Positions 57,579 to 64,000 of a stretch of 64,000 nt of DNA are shown here, in pieces. The notes beneath the pieces are model-generated. The model saw only the letters and a program-made list of their open reading frames with translations. It was not told the origin of the DNA and did no database searches. Numbering within the stretch: the stretch's first letter is position 1; every line of letters begins with the position of its first letter. The stretch is from Candidatus Moraniibacteriota bacterium (GTDB lineage Bacteria > Patescibacteriota > Minisyncoccia > Moranbacterales > GCA-2747515): NCBI GenBank assembly GCA_002747515.1, contig PDPP01000017.1, forward strand, positions 4,392-68,391. Direction: 5' to 3'. Both the position numbers and the translations under genes were made by a program.

Positions 57579-59237
57579 ATGGCTAAACAAATAGAATTTA
57601 GTACAGAGGCGAGGAAAAAGATCGTTGCAGGGATTGATACTGTGGCGGACGCAGTGAAAACGACAATTGGTCCAAAGGGGCGGAATGTCGTGCTTGATAA
57701 AGGTTTTGGTGCACCAACAGTGACAAATGATGGTGTATCAATTGCAAAAGATATCGAATTGGAGGATAAGTTTGAGAACATCGGAGCTGAACTCATTAAG
57801 GAGGTTGCAGATAAGACAAATGATGCAGCAGGTGATGGAACAACAACATCAACAATTATGACACAAGCAATTGTGAATGAGGGGTTGAAATTTGTGGAGA
57901 CAGGAATTAATCCAGTTGGTATTCGTAAGGGTCTCGAGTCAGCAAAAAATGATGTGATTGCTATTTTACAGAAAAATTCAAAGCGCGTATCAAATAAAGA
58001 GGAGATTGCACAAGTTGCAACGATTAGTGCAGAAAACGTAGAAATGGGTACAATGATTGCTAATGTAATGGAGCAAGTTGGTAAAGATGGTGTAATCACG
58101 GTAGAAGAGTCACAAACAGTAGGACTTTCTTATGACGTGGTAGAAGGTATGCAGTTTGATAAAGGATATGTGTCTCCATATATGATTTCTGATGCAGAGT
58201 CTCGCAAAGCAGAAATTAAAGATCCAGCAATCCTCATTACTGATAAAAAAATTTCAGCAATCAATGATATCTTGCCACTGCTTGAAAAAATTGCACAAAG
58301 TGGAAAGAAAGATCTCGTAATCATTTGCGAAGATCTCGAAGGTGAAGCACTTGCAACGCTTGTAGTGAATAAATTGCGTGGCACAATGAATGTGCTTGCT
58401 GTGAAAGCGCCAGAATTTGGGGATACGCGAAAGGATGTTCTTGAGGATATTGCAATTGTGACTGGAGCGACTGTAATTGCTGAAGATAAAGCGATGACAA
58501 TGGAAAATGTTGATCTTGATGTTTTAGGATCTGCAGCAAAAGTTGTATCTACAAAGGATGATACGACAATTGTAGATGGTAAGGGAACCAAAAGAATAAT
58601 TAAAGAACGCGCAGCGCAAATTGCACGTCAAGCTGAGATGGAAACATCAAATTATGAAAAAGAAAAGTTGCAAAAACGTGTAGCAAAGCTTTCAGGTGGT
58701 GTGGCTGTGATTCGTGCTGGTGCTGCAACTGAAACAGAAATGAGTTATGTGCGACACAAGCTTGAAGATGCACTTGCTGCAACAAAAGCTGCTGTAGAAG
58801 AAGGTATAGTAGCTGGTGGTGGTACAGCACTTGCAAAAGCAGCTACTGTAGTAAAGGTTGATGAAGAAGCAAATAATGAATTTCGTGCAGGATATGAGAC
58901 ACTGCTTAATGCGCTTTCAGCGCCACTGAAACAAATTGCAAAAAATGCAGGTGAAAGAGATGCAGCAGTTGTGTTCAATGCAGTCATTGAAGGAAAAGGA
59001 AAAAATTATGGATATAATGCATTGGATGATGTATATGAAGATGATATGGTGAAATCAGGTATCATCGATCCGCTTAAGGTAACGCGAACAGCGATTGAAA
59101 ATGCTGTGTCTGTAGCATCAATGCTTCTTACAACTGAAGCGGTGATTACAGATAAGCCAGAAGAAAATGGTGGTGGCATGGATACTGCAGCCGCAGCAGC
59201 AATGGGCGGCATGGGCGGCGGCATGCCGATGATGTAG
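57579..59237 (+). CDS. groEL: Chaperonin GroEL
   Basis: MAKQIEFSTEARKKI...TIGPKGRNVVLDK. ATP-site motif DGTTTST. C-terminal GGM-repeat tail (GGMGGGMPMM). Confidence 0.95.
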   Translation: MAKQIEFSTEARKKIVAGIDTVADAVKTTIGPKGRNVVLDKGFGAPTVTNDGVSIAKDIELEDKFENIGAELIKEVADKTNDAAGDGTTTSTIMTQAIVNEGLKFVETGINPVGIRKGLESAKNDVIAILQKNSKRVSNKEEIAQVATISAENVEMGTMIANVMEQVGKDGVITVEESQTVGLSYDVVEGMQFDKGYVSPYMISDAESRKAEIKDPAILITDKKISAINDILPLLEKIAQSGKKDLVIICEDLEGEALATLVVNKLRGTMNVLAVKAPEFGDTRKDVLEDIAIVTGATVIAEDKAMTMENVDLDVLGSAAKVVSTKDDTTIVDGKGTKRIIKERAAQIARQAEMETSNYEKEKLQKRVAKLSGGVAVIRAGAATETEMSYVRHKLEDALAATKAAVEEGIVAGGGTALAKAATVVKVDEEANNEFRAGYETLLNALSAPLKQIAKNAGERDAAVVFNAVIEGKGKNYGYNALDDVYEDDMVKSGIIDPLKVTRTAIENAVSVASMLLTTEAVITDKPEENGGGMDTAAAAAMGGMGGGMPMM

Positions 59238-59280
59238 GATTAGTTATATCAGTGGATGAATAGATTGGTAAAAATAAAAA

Positions 59281-59317
59281 GGATAGGTCAGACCTATCCT
59301 TTTTGCTTTTTTGTTTT
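59281..59317 (+). terminator. Rho-independent terminator after groEL
   Basis: ggataggtc-aga-cctatcc followed by tttttgcttttttg. Confidence 0.65.
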
Positions 59318-59369
59318 CAATATATGCACAAAGATGATATAATAAGTTGTAGATACACAAACAAAAGAT

Positions 59370-61109
59370 ATGAAAATAGAAAATTCACAGATACGAGACT
59401 ATCTTTTAGAAAATAGTATTGTTGATCAAAAAGTGCTTGATCCGCTTTTTATGCGTGCAGAAAAAGAAAATGTGCAATTATGTGATCTTTTAGTACAAGA
59501 AGAAGTACTAAAGGAAGCACAATGTGTTAAGTGTATGTCGTCAGTTTTAGGGTATCCGTTTGTCGATCTTACAAAAGAGCAGATTCCAACTCAGATTTTA
59601 GGAATTATTCCTGAACAAGCTGCAAAGAAATCACAAGTGATTGCTTTTGAAAAAAATGGAAAGATGCTTAATGTGGCAATGATTGATCCAGAAAACTTGC
59701 AGGTAATTGATTTTCTCAAAAAAAAGACAGATTTGGAAATCATGCCGTACATGACAACAAAAGATAGTATAAAAACAGCGCTCAAACAATACACAAAGAG
59801 CTTGAAAGCAGAATTTGGCGATATGATTAGTGAGGATGAGCGTCAGGCAATCGAAACAGCAGGAGGAGAAGAAGATCTCGTAAAAATTGCAGAAGATCTT
59901 CCAATTGTGCGGATTGTAGACACACTTCTCAAACACGCAATTTTGGACGGTGCATCTGACATTCACATTGAACCACAGGAGAAGGAAGTTTTGGTGCGAT
60001 ATCGTATTGATGGTGTTTTGCGTCAGGCAATGACACTACCAAAGACAGCCCTTGCTGGTATTGTGGCACGCATCAAAGTGCTTTCTAGTCTCAAACTTGA
60101 TGAACATCGTTTACCACAAGATGGACGATTTAAGATTGAAAAAGATGAATATAAGATTTCTTTTCGTGTAAGTATTCTTCCAGTATTTGATGGTGAAAAG
60201 ATTGTTATGCGTTTGTTAGATGAAACATCACAAGGTCTTACACTAGAAAAGATGGGTCTTTATGGGGACGCACTTGAAGCAATTCAAAGAGAAATTCACA
60301 AACCAAATGGCATGGTTTTGGTTACTGGTCCAACTGGTTCTGGTAAGACAACAACACTTTATACTGTTGTGGATATTTTGAACTCACCTGAAGTAAATAT
60401 CTCTACCGTAGAAGATCCTGTTGAGTATCGTATGAATAACATCAACCAGACACAAGTGATTACGAAGATCGGTATGACCTTTGCTTCTGCACTTCGCGCA
60501 CTTTTGCGTCAAGATCCAGATATTATTATGGTTGGTGAGATTCGTGATCAGGAAACACTAGAAATTGCGATTCATGCGGCCATGACTGGTCATTTAGTAC
60601 TTTCAACACTTCATACCAATTCAGCAGCTGGTGCAGTTCCTCGTATGGTGGATATGGGTGTGGAGCCTTTTCTTATTGCGTCGACAACAAATGTAGTGAT
60701 TGGTCAGCGTCTTGTGCGTCGTGTGTGTGGAGAGTGTCGTAAATCTTATAAACTTGATCAGAAGGAAGTTGATACACTCAAGAAAAATTATGATATGGAT
60801 GCTATAATGAATACAATGTTGCGCATTGGTGGAATGAAGTCTGGAACACAGTGGACAGATGTGGAACTATTTAAGCCAGAAGGATGCTCTCATTGTAATG
60901 GGACAGGATATAAGGGACGAAGTGGTATTTATGAGGTTTTTGAGATAACAGAAGATATCGAAAAAATGATTACACAAAATGCAACGTCAGAGGCAATGGA
61001 ACGAAAGGCACGAGAGAATGGGATGGTTACGATGGTGGAGGATGGGTTTTATAAAGTTTTACAAGGTGTGACGAGTATCGAAGAAGTGATGCGTGTCACG
61101 AAAGAATAA
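59370..61109 (+). CDS. pilB: Type IV pilus assembly ATPase PilB (GspE family)
   Basis: N-terminal GSPII_E_N domain. Walker A GPTGSGKTT, Asp box, His box and a tetracysteine motif (CGECRKSY...CSHCNGTGY). Confidence 0.8.
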   Translation: MKIENSQIRDYLLENSIVDQKVLDPLFMRAEKENVQLCDLLVQEEVLKEAQCVKCMSSVLGYPFVDLTKEQIPTQILGIIPEQAAKKSQVIAFEKNGKMLNVAMIDPENLQVIDFLKKKTDLEIMPYMTTKDSIKTALKQYTKSLKAEFGDMISEDERQAIETAGGEEDLVKIAEDLPIVRIVDTLLKHAILDGASDIHIEPQEKEVLVRYRIDGVLRQAMTLPKTALAGIVARIKVLSSLKLDEHRLPQDGRFKIEKDEYKISFRVSILPVFDGEKIVMRLLDETSQGLTLEKMGLYGDALEAIQREIHKPNGMVLVTGPTGSGKTTTLYTVVDILNSPEVNISTVEDPVEYRMNNINQTQVITKIGMTFASALRALLRQDPDIIMVGEIRDQETLEIAIHAAMTGHLVLSTLHTNSAAGAVPRMVDMGVEPFLIASTTNVVIGQRLVRRVCGECRKSYKLDQKEVDTLKKNYDMDAIMNTMLRIGGMKSGTQWTDVELFKPEGCSHCNGTGYKGRSGIYEVFEITEDIEKMITQNATSEAMERKARENGMVTMVEDGFYKVLQGVTSIEEVMRVTKE

Positions 61110-61154
61110 TGAATGAATGCAATAAATAATTTGTGAAATTAGGAATAAGGAGGT

Positions 61155-62372
61155 ATGTCAAAATATTTATATACAGCAAAAAGTGTCGAAGGAAAACCGC
61201 GTTCAGGTGAGATGGAGGCAAAGAATGAACGTGATCTTGCGTTGCAATTGCGAGGAGATGGTTATATTGTTACATCTATTGAGCGTGTGGAAGACTATGG
61301 TGGAAAACCACATATCAGATTTATTGATCGCATACAAGGCGTAAGCATGAAAGAAAAACTTTTTTTTACGCGTAATTTGGGCGTTATGGTTTCTTCTGGT
61401 CTCACTATTGCGCGTGCAATATCAAATTTGAGCACACAAACAGAAAATAAACATTTCAAAGCAATTCTCGACAATGTATATAATGATGTGCAAAAAGGTC
61501 TGCCATTGAGTGATGCATTGGCAAAATATCCGGTAGTGTTCAATGATCTCTTTGTGAATATGATTCGTGTTGGTGAGATTGGTGGAACACTTGAAGAATC
61601 ACTGAATATCATAACAATTCAGATGGAAAAAGATCACGAACTTCGATCAAAAGTAAAAGGTGCAATGATGTATCCTTCAGTAATTGTTGTGGCGATGATT
61701 ATTATTGGGATTATTATGCTTACATATATTTTACCGCAAATCTTGAGTGTTTTTGATGGTATGGAGGTAGAATTACCAGCAACAACACAATTCATTATTA
61801 AAATAAGTGAAATTTTAGGAAGTTATAAAATTGTAATTGGTATTGGTTTGATTGGCGGTGGAGTTTTTCTTAAAGCATTTACGTCAACTAATTTTGGAAA
61901 AAAGACTGCAAGTTTTACATTACTCAAAATGCCAATTCTCAAAAATATTGTAACAAAGGTGAATTGTGCGCGTTTTGCACGTATTTACAGCTCTCTTTTG
62001 CATAGTGGCGTGTCAGTTGTGGACTCACTTAATATTGTAGCAGCAACATTATCAAATACTTTTTTCAAAGAAGCAGTGCTAGAAGGACGAAATAAAATTC
62101 AACGTGGAATTGATTTATCTTCTGTTATTGCAGAATATCCAGATATTTTTCCAGTAATTGTAGCGCAAATGATAAAAGTGGGTGAGGAGACAGGAAAAAC
62201 AGAAGATATGATGGTAAAGCTTGCAGAATTTTATGAGGAAGAAGTAAATCAAATTACAAAGAATTTATCATCAATTATTGAACCAGTTTTAATGTTGTTG
62301 ATTGGTGGCGCAGTTGGATTTTTTGCGGTAGCAATGCTGACGCCAATGTATAGTGTATTAGAAAATATATAA
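61155..62372 (+). CDS. pilC: Type IV pilus inner-membrane platform protein PilC (GspF family)
   Basis: Two T2SSF-like repeats (…FTRNLGVMVSSGLTIARAIS…; …CARFARIYSSLLHSGVSVVDSL…), each followed by TM helices. The 405-aa size fits the family. Confidence 0.75.
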   Translation: MSKYLYTAKSVEGKPRSGEMEAKNERDLALQLRGDGYIVTSIERVEDYGGKPHIRFIDRIQGVSMKEKLFFTRNLGVMVSSGLTIARAISNLSTQTENKHFKAILDNVYNDVQKGLPLSDALAKYPVVFNDLFVNMIRVGEIGGTLEESLNIITIQMEKDHELRSKVKGAMMYPSVIVVAMIIIGIIMLTYILPQILSVFDGMEVELPATTQFIIKISEILGSYKIVIGIGLIGGGVFLKAFTSTNFGKKTASFTLLKMPILKNIVTKVNCARFARIYSSLLHSGVSVVDSLNIVAATLSNTFFKEAVLEGRNKIQRGIDLSSVIAEYPDIFPVIVAQMIKVGEETGKTEDMMVKLAEFYEEEVNQITKNLSSIIEPVLMLLIGGAVGFFAVAMLTPMYSVLENI

Positions 62373-62381
62373 AATCGTTTT

Positions 62382-63950
62382 ATGATGTATATACAAAAAA
62401 ATAAAAAAGGATTTACGATTATTGAAGGGTTGATTGCTCTCACAATATTTATTATTCTTGTGACAGTTTTTTATAAAATTTTTTCACAATCAGCTACGCA
62501 TCTCGGTGATGCAAAACAACGTCGTGCTGCAGTAGCACTTGCTAATGAGCGTATGGAACATTATCGTAATTTTGCATATGATAATGTTGAAGTGACGACA
62601 AAAGGTGGAGATATCGTTGCTGATGAAAATGCTACGATGAATGATATGAATTTTCGTATTATTACATCAGTAAATCTTGTAGACGATCCACTTGATGGAA
62701 CGATTATTGATGGCACAGATCCAATATGGAATGATTATAAGCGAGTGAGTGTAACGGTGGTGTGGGATGCATGTAATAATATGTCAGCGTATGATCGTGG
62801 TATAGCGGAATATGGTGATGTATGTTCTAGTAAACGTGTGCGGATTGTTTCACAATTTGTGCCACCTGGTGGATTGGAAGTAAGTCCTTCTGGTGGGGTG
62901 CTTTCAGTGAATGTTTTGGATGAGGATGCACATATTGTGGATACAGCACATATTACAATTTATGATAATGTACGTGATCAGACACCATTTGCAAATGAAC
63001 CTGTTAGCTCTGATGGCAACTTACTTTATGTTGGTGCACCTGCGTGTGAGGGGTGTTATGAGGTAACTGTAGAAGCTGATGGATATGAAGTGATACGTAC
63101 TGAAAGAAAGCCAACAGAATCAAATCCGATAACACAGACCATTCCAATCAATGGAAGCAATGAAGACGTTGCATATCATCCTCGATATTTACATCAAAAT
63201 GTTGCTGATGGTGAATTAACAACGATGACATTTGTGATTCATAAAAAATCAGAATTGAATATTGTAGCAGAGGATCCATTGGGCACAGAAAATTATGGCG
63301 GAATCAACTTTTCCGCTCGGGGTGGTCGTGTACTTGGCACGAACCTTGGTGAAAATCCATTGTACACAGAACCAGACGTATATAATTTCAATAAGGATGT
63401 AACAACAGATGGAAGGGGTGAATTGGAAATACGTACAGATACAGATAATGATGGTGATATTGATAGCAATGATAAGACAAATGCTGGTCCATTTACATTT
63501 TTTGATTTTGATCTAGATACAGATGATGATGGAAGTGATGAATATGTTTTTTGGAAGTTTGCTCCAGGAATAGATACCAATGCATCACAAATTGGACTAG
63601 AATCAGATACAACTATTGATGCAAAAATGATTCTTGTAGACAAAGAAAAAGAGGGGATTTTTCTCACAATTATAGATAATGATGGAAATCCTATAGAAAA
63701 TGCAACAGCACATGTTTATGATGATAAAGATATACTTGATCCTGATAAATATAATGTGCAAATACAATCTGATGTATATGGAAAAGTTTTTTTCCCTGAT
63801 GATTCTGATGAGTTGATTGTTGGAGATAAATATAATATCGAAATTGGAGCGGCTGGATTTGATACTGAGTCTTTTGTTGATGCTGATGCTGTAGAGATTG
63901 AGCAAGACACACTTATTGAAAAGGAAGTGATATTAACACCAAGCACATAG
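62382..63950 (+). CDS. Large prepilin-type protein (N-terminal cleavage/methylation motif; putative major or minor type IV pilin or pseudopilin)
   Basis: The N-terminus ...KKGFTIIEGLIALTIFIILV is a class III signal peptide (G/FTxIE followed by a hydrophobic helix). A large Thr/Asp/Asn-rich C-terminal domain follows. Confidence 0.65.
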   Translation: MMYIQKNKKGFTIIEGLIALTIFIILVTVFYKIFSQSATHLGDAKQRRAAVALANERMEHYRNFAYDNVEVTTKGGDIVADENATMNDMNFRIITSVNLVDDPLDGTIIDGTDPIWNDYKRVSVTVVWDACNNMSAYDRGIAEYGDVCSSKRVRIVSQFVPPGGLEVSPSGGVLSVNVLDEDAHIVDTAHITIYDNVRDQTPFANEPVSSDGNLLYVGAPACEGCYEVTVEADGYEVIRTERKPTESNPITQTIPINGSNEDVAYHPRYLHQNVADGELTTMTFVIHKKSELNIVAEDPLGTENYGGINFSARGGRVLGTNLGENPLYTEPDVYNFNKDVTTDGRGELEIRTDTDNDGDIDSNDKTNAGPFTFFDFDLDTDDDGSDEYVFWKFAPGIDTNASQIGLESDTTIDAKMILVDKEKEGIFLTIIDNDGNPIENATAHVYDDKDILDPDKYNVQIQSDVYGKVFFPDDSDELIVGDKYNIEIGAAGFDTESFVDADAVEIEQDTLIEKEVILTPST

Positions 63951-63958
63951 GTAATATT

Positions 63959-64000
63959 ATGAAAAAATATCGTGGAATCACATTAATAGAAACAATTGTT
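63959..64000 (+). CDS. 3'-truncated prepilin-type protein (second pilin gene; window ends)
   Basis: MKKYRGITLIETIV... carries the class III signal motif (GITLIE). The gene continues beyond the window. Confidence 0.5.
   Translation, partial: MKKYRGITLIETIV

Noticed and set aside
1-64000. tRNA/rRNA genes, IS elements, transposases, integrases, prophage genes
   Set aside because: Intergenic regions were scanned by eye. No T-loop-like GGTTCGAATCC-type motifs or cloverleaf candidates were seen. No transposase, integrase or recombinase-like ORFs were found. The only mobile-element-like protein is the small GIY-YIG nuclease.

Overview
This is a low-GC bacterial chromosome segment of about 64 kb with tightly packed, mostly plus-strand genes, in the style of a small-genome Patescibacteria/CPR-like or Firmicute-like organism. 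The exact taxon cannot be determined from sequence alone.

The first ~19 kb is a cell-envelope glycan / exopolysaccharide locus. It contains two tandem paralogous fusion proteins, each a GT-C (PMT/ArnT-like) membrane domain joined to a GH8 glycoside-hydrolase domain. Following them are a processive GT2 synthase with a QxxRW motif, a CE4 (NodB-type) polysaccharide deacetylase, a Wzx-like flippase, an undecaprenyl-phosphate-type GT2, two GT4 and one more GT2 enzyme, and a 1250-aa polytopic membrane protein with internally duplicated beta-sandwich-like modules.

The remainder is housekeeping: khpA-like, yvcK-like, an ABC exporter, glmS, uppP, folD, a T-box-regulated ileS, recO, a P-type ATPase, lgt, a phosphohexomutase, a SerB-like phosphatase, ychF, a ybaK-like deacylase, CIRCE-controlled groEL, and a type IV pilus pilB-pilC-pilin cluster.

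Four things stand out.
- A GC-rich 28-nt palindromic repeat family (core TGTCATTCCCGCG-NNG-GCGGGAATCCAG) has proliferated. It forms intergenic islands that bracket a small GIY-YIG nuclease gene. It also occurs as 48-nt-periodic in-frame tandem insertions at two sites inside a GT4 glycosyltransferase ORF, in the manner of Rickettsia palindromic elements.
- The last ~200 nt of ileS carry an internal TTGACA-N17-TATACT promoter. This segment is present in two further diverged copies (TTGACA-N17-TATGAT plus the ileS tail). Each copy heads a cassette of small paralogous multi-TM protein genes that share a GGAGGTG-TGAAATG start context, and the first unit carries a GC-richer orphan 219-aa gene.
- A decayed duplicate of the ileS T-box leader lies about 9 kb upstream of the real one. 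It sits next to a 3'-end relic of a paralog of the deacetylase gene.
- groEL has a CIRCE operator but no adjacent groES.

No rRNA or tRNA genes, transposases or integrases were recognised.
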